Shown one piece after another: positions 38,825 through 51,892 of a stretch of 64,000 bases of DNA. Numbering within the stretch: the stretch's first letter is position 1; each line of letters begins with the position of its first letter. A program made the translations under genes and the position numbers. Below the pieces are notes generated by a model, which worked only from the letters and a program-made list of their open reading frames with translations, made no database searches and had not been told where the DNA came from. Source of the stretch: Macrostomum lignano (lineage: Eukaryota); the NCBI GenBank assembly GCA_002269645.1, contig NIVC01001427.1, positions 124,001-188,000 of the forward strand. The letters are read 5' to 3'.

Positions 38825-39757
38825 GATCTGTGCGTCTCCTGGACTGAGAAACTTGCAGTAAGCGAGCGCTGCACTCCGTTTGAGCAAGCTCTTGAAAACT
38901 CGTGATTTAAATTCGAATGGGTCAACTAGATACGGCCAAACTGCATGAGTTCAGAAGGGTGCGCTAGGGGCTGAGGGCCAAGGGCCAAAGGTCCAAATTT
39001 TGCTGGGCTAGGAGGGGTGGAGCTATACTTGCATTCTTCTGAGGGGTTGGCGGGGCCAGTGCACGGCAGTGGGTGTAACAATGAGTTGGTTTGCCCAGGT
39101 ATAAACGCAGTCCCTATACGTTCGGGCTAGATTTTGCGGAAAGGAAAGAGAGTGCCAACCAACCAATCTTCCACACTATCAATGGAATAGAAACATGCCC
39201 CTGCCATAAGTGTACACTAATATGCCAGGGGTGTTGCTGGCTTCAATTAGGGCAGTGGAGCCTAATAGGCTTGTGCGACATCACGTGGCACATTTATAAT
39301 CACCGGCCTGCACTCTTATTAGCCTGCCCTGCAGGCAGGTGTACTTTAAATTTCTTAGGCAGGAGAAATATGCACTTGTGGAAGCTGAGAGGCTGAATGA
39401 AATTTTGCTCAACGCAATTAATCGAAAAATGTAGTTCCCATAAGCTGGAATTGATACAGTATAACACTTAACTCGAGCAGATTCCAAGATTCAAAATTTC
39501 TCTGGATCTTGTGAATAAATTACTATAAAGTACCTTACATTAATACGACGCACTTAGCAGCTAATGATCAGCGGGTTTGTCTATGGCCCGCAAGCCGAGT
39601 TTAGAATGTCTATGGCCTGACGGCCAGTACAGTCAGTCGTAGGAGGGTCAGCTTAAAACAGATCTTAACAAGTGCGACAGATACCAGCTGCCTCAAATCC
39701 CAAAGTGTCTCTGAATTGAAACTGATTTTTCCGAGTCTTACTTGAACAAGCAAAACT

Positions 39758-39978
39758 ATGGTTCAGCTTCAGCTCCTTATGCTGCTCATTGCCATCATCG
39801 CGTTGCTAAGTGAGTAATCCTTTCTTTGAATTTCATAATTTCTCATTCAATCATCAACCTCATTGTCTAACGCGCGATTTGTCCGTCTGCAGTTCCAGGT
39901 CTCGCCGAAGGCTGCTTTGAGCGCAGCATCAACAGACTGGATCAGGACGAGGATTTCAGAAAGAAGCGATCAGTATGA
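39758..39978 (+). CDS. Small secreted peptide precursor, copy 1 (45 aa)
   Basis: Exons 39758-39809 and 39893-39978 (GTGAGT...CTGCAG, phase 1): [51 protein letters not shown] near 40095. Confidence 0.8.
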
Positions 39979-41410
39979 GCGAGCCGTGTCTGCGGTCCAT
40001 TGACTATTAAGACGATTGATGAATTTCAATTGTTTTTTCGAGTTCTTTTTTTGTTCCTTCAAGCTTCCTGTTTAGCCAGTCTATTATTCATCCAAATAAA
40101 ATACTTAACCTGGTTAAATATTTCTTAAAACCGTTTAAGCTAAAAGTGTTGTAAATGGTTTGTTTTCTATTTATTTCGCTGTTGAGACGCATGAACCAAT
40201 TCATTATATTCCTTCATCCATTATAGATTATGTGTGACGTAAGATTATTTTGATTTTAATATCCATGTGGCGCTGGTACTATCGGCATTCCTGGATTCAA
40301 TCCTGAAACATCAAAATTCTCTATTTTCAAGAAAGTTGTTTGGGGGAGCCAGATCAAAACTGCTGCAAAGTTGAGAATACTTAAGACTTAGCTCGTACTT
40401 TTACGACTGATCAACCCAATCGAAAAAATGTAATCCTGAGAAGCTGGAATGATCCTATTTGTTAAGATATTTGTAGACAACATCAGAAAAAGCTCAGAAC
40501 AAGAGCAACGAATCTCATCGATATTTTATCAATCAACCAAACACTCAAGCCGCCCTCACTGCTTAAACTAGTCAACACTCACTGGAAGGTCAACCAAAAG
40601 CTCTTTCTTTGAACTCCAAAGAACTATATACAGTGTTCCTTGCTCCATAGCTTCTCATTCAATCATCAACCTCATTGTCTGATGCGCGATTTCTTGATGG
40701 ACTCAAGGACAACTTAAGTAGAAGGACGCAACACTCGAAATCTATCGTAAAAGTTTTGAAGGCCGATTATTTCGCCTAAAAATACACTACAGAGATAGGA
40801 GGTTTTAATTTTTTCAGCACAAAAATTGTTATTGCTTTTGATAGGAGGCAGATCCAGTGTTCATCTTTTGATTTGTTGTGCCCTTCTTATTGCTCTATCG
40901 ATGTTCATAAAGCTTTTCGTTCAGAAACAGTTTTAAAGGCAGGTTTCACCGGAAAAATACACTACCGAGATAGGAAATTTCACGATTTTCAACACTAAAA
41001 CAGTGATTGGGTCTCTTAACAGTGTCAGAGAAAGTCCTAATCACACTATTTTGTGCCTCACATGCTGCTCTAACGACGCATTAATCGATTTTTCTTTTTA
41101 AATTGGTCTCTCATTATTTTAAACGCTTTTTCTTGATTTCTTTTTCTTTTCTTGATTTAGTCAAAAGAAAGCAACACTTAATTAAAGAATTGAAAACTCA
41201 TTCAGAAAAGCGTCTATCACATTTGTGTCGAGCACTAAGATTGTATAGTAGTGCTCAGATTGCCACAAAATTATGCTCATCAGTCGACAGACCCCTAATA
41301 CCCGGCTCAATGATGCTTTTGTAATTCGGCATGGTTGGTTCATTTGTTAGCTTTGTAACGATGTTAATATTTAGTTATTCGTAAATAATATGGTATATTT
41401 AATGTCTTCT

Positions 41411-44400
41411 GGCACAGCGACCTGAGCCAGCTGACCTTCGCCCTGGAGGGAGAGCGGCCGAAGACCATCCGCCATCGGATTTGGGTCCCGGCCGACAGTG
41501 CAATCAAGTCCGGGGAGCAGCTGCGGCAGCTCCTGCTCAAGCGGCACCCGGATCTCGACGCCAGTGGTCTTGTGTACCACAACACGGTCCGCAAGGGCAC
41601 GACCGGGGCCACCGTCATCCTCGGCCTGACGGAGGGATGGGCCAAGCGGCTACCGCATGGCTCAAACCTCCACCTTGGTCTCCATCAACTGACCAACCTC
41701 CGCTGCGAGGAGGGCAAGGTGGAGACCAAGAACGATGGGCCGCACCCGGAGCTGGGGCCCAGGCTTCGCCGGCCAAGCGGCAGCAGCAACCCGATCCCGA
41801 GCCTAACAAGGCCATTCGCACTGCTGAGTCCGCCTCGCGCGGACGTAGACCCGCCCGCAGTAACCGGCGGTCCGGGCTAATCCAGCGCGCACTTGACGAA
41901 GCTCAGTCTCTGAGACTTCACCTCGAGCAGACTCGTGCTGCTCGCAAAAACACTGAAAGCCAGCCGAGGGAACTGGACGACGGCATGGCTCAGCCTTCCA
42001 ACTGGTGGGATTACCACCAGGAGGACCTGCCGGCCGAGCTCAGACTCCCGACGGCGGGGCGCAAGGCGAAGGCAGCAGCCGTACCCCAGTCGCTGGGAGG
42101 AGGGCGGTGTAGCGAGGCTAGGTGACTCACCTGCCGTGGGCGCCGTGTCCGCCTCCGCGGCGGCTGGGGAGGCGGCTGAGCCTGAGCCAATGGAAATTGG
42201 CGACTCAACTCTCACCGATGAGGTTAAGAATGAGTTGCTTTTCTCCTCCCCTGGACAGTAGACATGACCGTCTCCCAGGGCATCCACTGCTTGCAGGTCA
42301 ACCTGCAGCACAGCACTGCTGCTTCAGTCAACCTATTGAAGCAAACTGACCAATACGCACCAGGGATTATCCTTATCCAGGAACCTTGGACGCTAAGGGG
42401 CAGCCCCCAGCATGTCCCCACCGGCTTCCAGTGTTTAACCGCTGGCACCCGGGAGGGAAACCTGGCACCAAGATCTTGCATAATGGTGTCTAGCTCCATT
42501 AACGCATGGCTCAGATCGGACCTGTCTACCAGGGACATCTGTGTCATCCAGTCTGAAGACATACTCCCTGGGAGGACTAGCCTCATCGCCTCGGTCTACC
42601 TACCAGGCGACGGCGAGATGATCCCAGGAGAGCTTCAAGGCACCTTGCTTTGCTCCACCAGGAATTATGAGCTGCTTGTGGCAGGCGGCATCAACGCCCA
42701 CCACACCCACTGGGGCAGTTCTGATATTAACCAGAGAGGTGAAGACTTCCTGGCTTATATTGCTACTACAACCCTTGAGTTCTGTAACTCGGGTAGTACC
42801 CCTACCTTCAATAACGGACGCCGATCGGAGGTGCTGGATGCCACCCTCGCCACGCCCAGGCTCTTCCAGAGCACTAGGGAGTGGCGGGTGCTCTCTGAGG
42901 CGTCCCACTCCGATCACAAGCTCATCTCCTTCACGCTGGCCAGCGCCCGAAACGCAGGCCAGGATTACTGGAAACGAAATGCTAGGAATACCGATTGGAC
43001 TGCCTTCAGGCTTGCCTTGGAGGAGACCTATCGATGCACTAGCTCTCCAGTCTCCATCAACACCTGCGAGGAAGCAGATGAATTTGCGGCCGTACTTACG
43101 GACTCGCTTACTGCTGCCTTAGAAGCCTCATGCCCACTAAAGGCATATAAAGGCAAACAGTCGGCCCCATGGTGGAACCCGCAGCTTGGCGACCTCCGCC
43201 GCAGAGCCAAAAGGCTTCACCGTACGGCCCAAAAAACTAAAAATCCGGCCGACCAAACCGCCTACCTGAACTCAATCCACGAGTTCAAGAGGCAGGTTAG
43301 GAACGCCAAAACCAATAAGTGGCGCGAATACTGTGAGGAACTTGAGGGCTCCCGCCCCACCTCCAGAATCGTTAATGTCCAAATGTCCAAAATGTCCAAA
43401 CTCTCCTCAGTCAAGAGAGCCGACGGCTCGCTCACTGAGAACCCAGGAGAAACACTGGAAGCGATGCTAACAGCGTTTTTCCCGTGCGAGCCAGCCAGGC
43501 CCGACCCCCCTGATCACTCAGTGGGCGGTCACGTACTGGCTGACTTAATCATCACGGAGGACCGCGTTGCTAAAGCTGTCTCCTTCTTCAAACCCTTCAA
43601 ATCCCCAGGACCGGACGGCATTGTGCCAGCTTTCCTCCGAGAGGCGGTGAAATGCACCGGTTTTCTGCGGAACCTTTGCCAGCTCTTGAAAGCTTGCATT
43701 GTACTCGGCTTTGTTCCGAAACCCTGGACCGAGGCCAAGGTGGTTTTTATCGCCAAGCCGGGCCGACCGGACTACCGGTCCATTAAATCCTTCAGACCAA
43801 TTAGCCTCACCTCACTGGTGAAGCTGTTAGAGAGACTGGTGCTCTGGCGCCTCCTCTCTGTGGAACTGAAGAACAAGCCGCTCAGTGGGAACCAGCACGC
43901 CTTTCGGGCAGGCCGGTCCACGGAGAGCGCGCTTCACGTTTTGGTTGACATGCTGGAGAAAGCCGTTCTTGGTAATGGCTACGCTCTCGCTGTCTTCCTC
44001 GACATTGTTGGAGCCTTCGATAATGTCCTCTTCGAGGCCTTTGACAGAGCTCTACGTGCTAGAGGAACCCACTCGCACCTCACCCGGTGGATCATGTATA
44101 TGATCAGCCACCGCACTGCCACCGCACACCTGCTGGGCCACCAACGGACGGTAACCGTCTGCAAAGGCAGCCCCCAGGGCGGTGTCCTTTCTCCAGTTCT
44201 CTGGAACATGGTCATCGATGAGCTCCTTCAGGACAGCCATCTGGACCCCATCCTTAAGGTCGGTTACGCCGATGATGTCACAGCCGTAGCATCCGGTCCG
44301 TCACCCGAAACCCTCAGGGATCTTCTGCAAAACTTTATTCGCTCTGCTGAACAATGGGCGGACAGGTGCGGCCTCAGACTCTTCGAGACCAAAACTGTCG

Positions 44401-46063
44401 CGATCATGTTCACCAGCAGGGTCAACTGGCGTATTCGCCCACTAAAGCTTTACGGGGTGGAAATCCCATCCTGCAAGCAAACCAAGTGTCTCGGCGTTAC
44501 GCTGGACCACCGGCTGAGCTGGTCCACCCACGTTCAGGCCAAAACCAAAAAAGCCCTCGCGATTCTTGTGCAGCTGCGCAGAGCCGTCGGCACCACCTCG
44601 GGCCTCACCCCGAAACGGCTCTGGTGGATCTACACCGCAATGGTCCGGCCGGCCGTCACTTACGCCGGCCTGGTCTGCACCAGCGCCTTGCAGATTAAAA
44701 CCTGCCACGAAGCCCTCAAAAAGGTGCAGGGACTTGCGTGCCGCATGATCCTGAATGCCCCGCTCTCTGCTCCCTTTGACGGCCTCAACGCCTTTCTCTG
44801 CCTCCCGCCCCTGGACATCTTTGTCCGTCGCGAGGCTGCTAAAACCACCCGCCGGCTCATCGAGGCTGGTGTTAACTTCAAGCCACAAAGAGCGATGGCG
44901 AAGCGCAAGCTATTGCCGCACTCTGACCTGTGCCTTAAAGTTCTGGAGGAGAGTGGGAGTGCGGCTGTCCTTTCGGACGCTAAGCCGCGCTCCCTCAATC
45001 TCTACCAACGCTTCAAGGTTACTATCCCCTCCAGGGAGAACGCCAACGACAGCTGGGCCCCTCAGGAGGTTCACTGCTTCACTGACGGATCCTCCAAAGA
45101 CAGTTTATCCGGCTTTGGAGTCTGCATCCTTACCAACGGCCGCGTGATCGCCACTCACGCCCAACACACTGGCAGACTCTCCAGCGTCTTCCAGAACGAA
45201 GTCCTTGCCATCAGCTCCTGTGCAGCTGAGCTTCAAGGACTTCAAGGACAGAAGAATTCTATTCCACTCTGACAGTCAGGCCGCTTTGCAGGCCCTGTGT
45301 CACACCACTACGAATTCTCGAACAGTCCACGACTGTATCGGGCAGCTCAACAAGCTGGCTCGGAGGAAAACCGTCCGGCTCACGTGTATCCCAGGACACG
45401 CTGGGTTCAAAGGTAACGAGCTCGCCGACTCCCTCGCCAAGGCGGGTAGTTCTGGCTCGCTCCTTGGCCCCGTGCCCCTGGCCCCCATCCCTGCCACGGT
45501 CATTAATCGTGAGATTAATGCTGGGCGGACATCCTGCACTTAAGCAGATGGGTTGGCATTTCCAACTGCCGCCAGTCCCGTGCTGCAGTGCCCAATCCGT
45601 CCCTCAAGCTGCGGAAAATTCTTTTGAATCAAATTCGAAAAGATATCCGCGCTCTCACTATGACCTTCACAGGTCACGGTTGCTTTGCCAGGCACTGCTT
45701 CCTCCGAAGTATTCGCCGGAGCGAACTCTGCCCCTTCTGCAGCCTTGAGAACGAAGATGCCATGCACTTCATCTGCTACTGCCCGGCCTTCAACCGAGAC
45801 CGGCTCAATCACCTCGGGCCCAACCCGTCCCTGGACGACGTTTGCCGGCCCGAGAACATCCCACGGCTCATCCGGTTCCTCCGGGCTACCAAACGAGCCT
45901 CCGTCTTCCCCACCGAAGACAACGCTGCAGACAGAACCGGCAGACCTCCCTGACCGGCCCCGCGCCCTAGCCTTTGCAGGTCTTTCAGGGATTAGCGGAA
46001 TGGGCGACGCTCGCCTCCTCGCTGCGTCTTCGGACCGCCCTGCAGCTAAGTCAAGTAAGTCAA
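41411..46063 (+). mobile_element. LOA-clade-like (I group) non-LTR retrotransposon, 5'-truncated in ORF1, ORF2 frameshifted
   Basis: ORF1 remnant ends 42261; ORF2 from 42264 with APE (LQVNLQH, LIQEPW, SDH), RT (PQGGVLSP, YADD), RNase H (FTDGS, EVLAI, SDSQAAL, GNELAD) and C-terminal CxxC...H...C; frameshifts near 45250 and 45530; tail TAAGTCAAGTAAGTCAA; candidate TSD AAT[G/C]TCTTCT at 41401 and 46062. Confidence 0.9.
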
Positions 46064-46816
46064 TCTCTTCTTAGTATTGTATTAATTTATCTACTACTAT
46101 TCATTAGCGAATTTTAAAGTTATTCAATATGTACGCTTAAAATTTGTTTTACAGTATCTTTCATAGAAGTATTGTATATTATTTAAAGACTGTTCAATCG
46201 CGATTTTGCGCTCATCGTCTCTTGTGTTTTTCGGGTGGTCCGCTGCTTTGTGCCCGTCTGCAGTAGTTTACCATCAACAATTTAACGGCGATAAAACTAA
46301 AAGTGTATCCTATCTGTTCAAATATATAGAATAAGACAAGTCAACTCGATTCGCCGTAAGACTGTCTCTTACTACGAAGACTCAATTTATTATTGTGCAT
46401 AGCCGTCAGTCTCGAACTCAGAAGGGTCTCGTCACAGCTAGATTTAAAGTTGCTTATAACCTCTAGCTAAGTTTTGTCTGTAAGTCAAATAAGTTTGAAA
46501 CTCTGAGCCCCGATTATTTACGATGCACTTTACTGCATACTGAATTTCACTACTAACTATACTGTATCGACGGTTAAGGCAGGCTGCATTTTTAGCTTGG
46601 CTGAAGCGGCTCATGCACCGATAAACTGTGAAACACTTGTCTATGGCCCGCAAGCCGAGTTTAGAATGTCTATGGCCTGACGACCAGTACAGTCAGTCGT
46701 AGGAGGGTCAGCTTAAAACAGATCTTAACAAGTGCGACAGAAGCCAGCTGCTCAAATCCCAAAGTGTCTCTGAATTGAAACTGATTTTTCCGAGTCTTAC
46801 TTGAACAAACAAAACA

Positions 46817-47037
46817 ATGGCTCAGCTCCAGCTCCTTATGCTGCTCATTGCCATCATCGCGTTGCTAAGTGAGTAATCATTTCTTTGAATTTCATAACTT
46901 CTCATTCAATCATCAGCCTCATTGTCTAACGCGCGATTTGTCCGTCTGCAGTTCCAGGTCTCGCCGAAGGCTGCTTTGAGCGCAGCATCAACAGACTGGA
47001 TCAGGACGAGGATTTCAGAAAGAAGCGATCAGTATGA
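46817..47037 (+). CDS. Small secreted peptide precursor, copy 2 (45 aa)
   Basis: Exons 46817-46868 and 46952-47037; identical to copy 1 except V2A and one silent change; AATAAA near 47154. Confidence 0.8.
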
Positions 47038-48081
47038 GCGAGCCGTGTCTGCGGTCCATTGACTATGAAGACGATTGGTGAATTTCAATTGTTTTTTCGA
47101 GTTCTTTTTTTGTTCCTTTAAGCTTCCTGTTTAGCCAGTCTATTATTCTTTCAAATAAAATATTGAATATTAGAAAGTTGAGTCAAAAATGGTTGGCCAT
47201 AAGCGCATATGTTTCTTTGACGCGTTTGAGCTACAAGTGTGGTAAATGTGTGTTTTCAATTTATTGGCTGTCAAGACGGATGAACTAATCCATTGCATAT
47301 AATATTCCTTCATCTAGGATGGTGGAAAATATTGCACAATTAATAATCATGTGACATAAAATAGATCATTTTGTGTTTAGTATCTGAGGCGTTGCTATGG
47401 TTGGCATTTTTGAATTCAATCCTAAAACAGCAGCAGTCTTTATTTTCATGAAAACTGTTGATGGGGCAGCGAGAGCTCGGCTTTGCTGGAAATTTGTTTT
47501 TGCCTGTTTTTCGTGTCCGCAAGCCCAACGAATCCTGCATCGATTTTTCATCAATCCACCCAAACACGAAGGTCGCTCTTGCTACTTAAAGTAGCAAACA
47601 CTGCAAGGCCAATCGAAAAGTAAAAGAACAAATGCAGCACAAGGCAAGAGAGGCCAGTTTTCGGTCTCTGATGAACTGCAGGGATGAAAAAGAAACTTTC
47701 TGTGAAAAAGCAACAGTTACAAAAAATATCGGCATCTTAAGAGTTGCAGCAAATGAAGGCTGACTTTTTACCACTGCCAGCCCAGTCTCACCTGTACTGC
47801 TCTGATGGATCTGCTCGGATAATCAAAAATCTATTCCCGACTTCCTTTCCTGGAATCTGGGTGTCATGGATACGAATCAATAAAAAACTGTAGACAAACA
47901 ACCCCTGCTCTGCTATCTAAACGGTTAGGGTTACATTAAAATTCATACTCTGCCAAAACTTTTTTCTAATAAAAAATGGATTGCATTTCATATGAAAGAT
48001 TTCATCACAGGCAGTGCCCGCCACGGGAAGGCTCTCAAGTTTCCCCTGGAGCGGCAACGGGAATGAGTTTCTATTTATTTT

Positions 48082-48878
48082 GAGAACTGCACAATATCAC
48101 TAGAAATCTCTTTGAAAACTACACAATCTCACTAGAAATCTCTATGAGAACTGCACAATCTCACTAGAAATCTCTTTGAAAACTACACAGTCTCACTAGA
48201 GATCTCTATGAGAACTACACAATCTCACTAGAAATCTCTATGAGAACTGCACAATCTCACTAGAAATCTTAATGAGAACTGCACAATCTCACTAGAAATC
48301 TCAATGAGAACTACACAATCTCACTAGAGATCTCTATGAGAACTACACAATCTCACTGGAAATCTCTATGAGAACTGCACAATCTCAGTAGAAATCTCTA
48401 TGAGAGCTACACAATCTCACTAGAAATCTCTATGAGAGCTACACAATCTCACTATAAATCTCTATGAGAACTGCACAATCTCACTAGAAATCTCTATGAG
48501 AATTACACAATCTCACTAGAAATCTTTCTGAGAGCTACAAAATCTCACTAGAAATCTCTATGAGAACTGCACAATCTCACTAGAAATCTCTATGAGAGCT
48601 ACACAATCTCACTATAAATCTCTATGAGAACTGCACAATCTCACTAGAAATCTCTATGAGAATTACACAATCTCACTAGAAATCTTTCTGAGAGCTACAA
48701 AATCTCACTAGAAATCTCTATGAGAACTGCACAATCTCACTAGAAATCTCTATGAGAATTACACAATCTCACTAGAAATCTTTTTGAGAGCTACAAAATC
48801 TCACTAGAAATCTCTATGAGAACTACACAATCTCACTAGAAATCTCTATGAGAACCACACAATCTCACTAGAAATCTC
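48082..48878 (+). repeat. 32-bp minisatellite (CTAGAAATCTCTATGAGAACTACACAATCTCA)
   Basis: About 25 tandem units. Confidence 0.95.
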
Positions 48879-49125
48879 TGGTCGCAAATCCGAGTGCGCG
48901 AGAGATTCCAGCTTACAACCCAGCGCTACGCCTGGTTGGATCTTAGGCTATTCAGCCATTTCAGCCACCCCCTCCAGCAAGTCGCAGTCAGAGTGGCCCA
49001 GAGATTTGCGTCGCTCTTTATAAACACAGGAGCTTGCAAGAGGACTGTCGTGAATGCCCTGCTGGAGCCCCGTTGCAATAAGTCAGACATTTAAATTTCA
49101 ACAAGTCAGATCGAGGAACTCCAGA

Positions 49126-49890
49126 ATGCTGCCGCACACCCTGCTGCTGCTGCTGCTGTGGGCGGCGCCTCCGCAGCTGCTGTCCGAGTCCTGCAGCTCC
49201 CCCAGAGCCGCCTTCCACCCAACCACTGGGCTGGACTGCGTGAGCTCCGACTTCACTCGGACACTGTCCGGTCTGTGCTCACCGCTCGAGTGCAGCCACG
49301 CCTGCGCCAACAAGCGAAGCTGCCAGGCCTTCACGGTGAGGAGCAGCGGTGCCTGCCAGTGCAGGCTGTTCGAGTTCGACAAGTGCAGCCACCGCGTGCA
49401 GTCGGTGCCGAACTGCACCAACCAGGTGACTGTGTATGTGAGGTCTCTGCCTGGCGTGCCTCCGGGCCACCTGTGCCCGCCCGGATACCGGCATGCCAGG
49501 TACGGCACCTCCTACAAGCTGGTCACCGCGGGTGCTGCCACCTGGAGCGCTGCCAGCCAGAGCTGCAGCTCGGATCCCGGACTGTCCAAGTTCGCTGACG
49601 CAATCGACCTGGACGAAGCCGAGTACCTGCAGCTGCTGCAGCACCGAATCGCCAGCTCCAGCAGCTTCTTCATCGGCGGGCGCGCTGAGCAGCCCAGAAA
49701 CAAATCGAACTGGTTCTGGACGGCCTGCCAGCTGCCCGTTGACCCGACCGTCTGGCACTCCGGGGAGCCGAATACTGACGCACCGTCTGCCTGCGCCAGC
49801 CTCTACAGCGGTTTTTCGTCCGGTGGCCAGGACGATACACACTGCGATGCGGTCCATGGATTCGTCTGCGAGTGCCAGTCCGTGTTCTGA
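49126..49890 (+). CDS. Secreted PAN/apple-like + C-type lectin domain protein (254 aa)
   Basis: Signal MLPHTLLLLLLWAAPP; CSHACANKRSCQAF PAN-like Cys pattern; CTLD TWSAASQSC...FFIGG...WHSGEPN...C...C...FVCE. Confidence 0.85.
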   Translation: MLPHTLLLLLLWAAPPQLLSESCSSPRAAFHPTTGLDCVSSDFTRTLSGLCSPLECSHACANKRSCQAFTVRSSGACQCRLFEFDKCSHRVQSVPNCTNQVTVYVRSLPGVPPGHLCPPGYRHARYGTSYKLVTAGAATWSAASQSCSSDPGLSKFADAIDLDEAEYLQLLQHRIASSSSFFIGGRAEQPRNKSNWFWTACQLPVDPTVWHSGEPNTDAPSACASLYSGFSSGGQDDTHCDAVHGFVCECQSVF

Positions 49891-51407
49891 AGTGATAGCT
49901 AATAATGTCTTGTCGTTTTGTTCTGTGCACTTGTGGTATTCTGCTGCATCGTCATTGTTATCGTGACAGAGTTGTTATAGGATGCAGAAGATGCAATATC
50001 GTTATGTCGACTCACTTCGCTTTTGTCCTTCTACAAGCCTGTGGAGGCACAGGGTTAAGGCTGAGAATGAGAATAGCCGCTCGAATTGCATTTTTCAACG
50101 CAAAAGCTTTCAGATTTCACTGGTAGAACTGCCTGTCTCTTTACTGAATTGAGGTTCAACTGCAGACGAATTTCTACTTCAAAGCACGCATCAGTGAGCT
50201 CGTTGCAATCAAGCTGTGTTGAAAAACCTTTGTTGCAACCAAGCTGTGTTGAGAAAACATTGTTGCTCTGTTCAAAAACCATTGTTGCAACCAAGCCCTG
50301 TTGAGAAACCATAATAAAAGCATGAGCAGTCAGCTGTCACTGGCAAAAAAGCATGTGTTCCAGATGTTTTCATCGTTTTTCAATTTGATGAAAATAGAAT
50401 TTGTGAGGCGTATGGTGAGAGTACCTCCAAAAGTAACCTGTTCGCGTGGGTCTGTAGTACCGTCTCTGTGTAGCGGATCGAGACTCAAAAGTTAGCTAGC
50501 TGGATGTGGCATTGTCACTTCTTTGTTTTTCCATAACCCTCAAGTAATAACGTTTTATGGCGCATTGGAGAAGTTAGAAACGGATATGGTACCACTTTCG
50601 ATCATGCAGGTGACTGAACATTATACTCGTCCGAGTATCAAGTTGTCTACTGTTATCGGTACGCTCGTAGTTGAAGCGCCCTACGCTGGACATTCCTGGA
50701 CTTTATCAAACAGACTTGGGTGACAAATCCGGGCAATAAAAGGATTTATGATCATACGCTCGTATAACAAATCAGTGTAGTGAAAAATTCATTGAAGACA
50801 CGACTAGAAACCAAGGACCACTAGGAACTCTTCTTTCAAGTCTAGTAGTCCTTGCTAGAAACACAGGCGCAGGTCCGGGTCCCTTCCGGAGCGTTTTTAA
50901 GCTCCATTCTAGAGCCCTAGTGAGAAACGGATCGGATGTGTCGTTGTTTCTATCTATAAACAGTATATACATGTACAGACTGCATGTGTATTGAAATCCT
51001 ATTTACTTTTTTACTCGCTTTTTGAACTTCTGAAAGGCAAATGAAGGCATGAACAGGTTGATATGACAAAAAACAGGAATGCAACAGAATGGCTAAAAAT
51101 CTGAATTCAAGTAAACTTGCCGACCAACCATCCAGTCGCAGACAAGCGTCACTACATACATGTATGCTCTCAGAAGTATTAAAAAACGGAAATACTTCTT
51201 CCGTTTAGAAAAAAAACAAATTCAATGAAACTTCAAAGAGAGGTGTCTATATTTCGGATGCTAAAGTCCTGCAGTAAGAGCGCGGAGGTAAGTTAAAAGC
51301 AGAATACACCGTTTCTTAGTGAGGCACCACTAAGATAATCTCACTGCATCACCGTCGCATCCATGGATTCCAGTCGTTATTTTTTTGCTTGTCTTGGCAG
51401 TCCGCTT

Positions 51408-51892
51408 GACTTACTTGACTTAGCTGCAGGGGGCTTCGCGCGTCCGGAAACAGCGAGGAGGCGTTGCCGCCCATTTCGCTAGCCCCTGGCGACCACGGGC
51501 AGCTAGTGCTGCGGTGTCGCGCAGGGAGTTCCGGTGGTGCCGGCGTCCGCAGCGCGGTCCCCCTCCGGAGTGTCCAGGAGGTGGATGTTCGCTCGCCCAG
51601 TAGCCCTTAGGTAGCGGACGAGCTGGCAGAGATTCTCGGGCCTGAAAACGTCGGAGAGGTCCGGGTTTGGGCCGAGGTAGGTGAGCCTGTCCTGAGTAAA
51701 GGCGGGGCATTCACAGATGAAGTGCTCCGCATTCTCGACACCGGAGAGGCAGAAAGGGCATTCCTCACTGCGGATTTTCTCCTGGAGGTAACGATGCCTG
51801 GCAAAGCAGCCATGACCCGAGAGGGCCATGGTCACCGCCCTGATGTCCCTGCGGTTAAGTCCAAGCAGGGCCCTGCGTAGGGCGGAGGAGGG
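51408..51892 (-). mobile_element. 5'-truncated LINE fragment related to the 41411-46063 element, with 13-bp TSD
   Basis: Encodes GHGCFARH...CPFC...HFICECPAF; same 3' tail CTGCAGCTAAGTCAAGTAAGTC; TSD TGGCAGTCCGCTT at 51395-51407 and 51893-51905. Confidence 0.9.
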
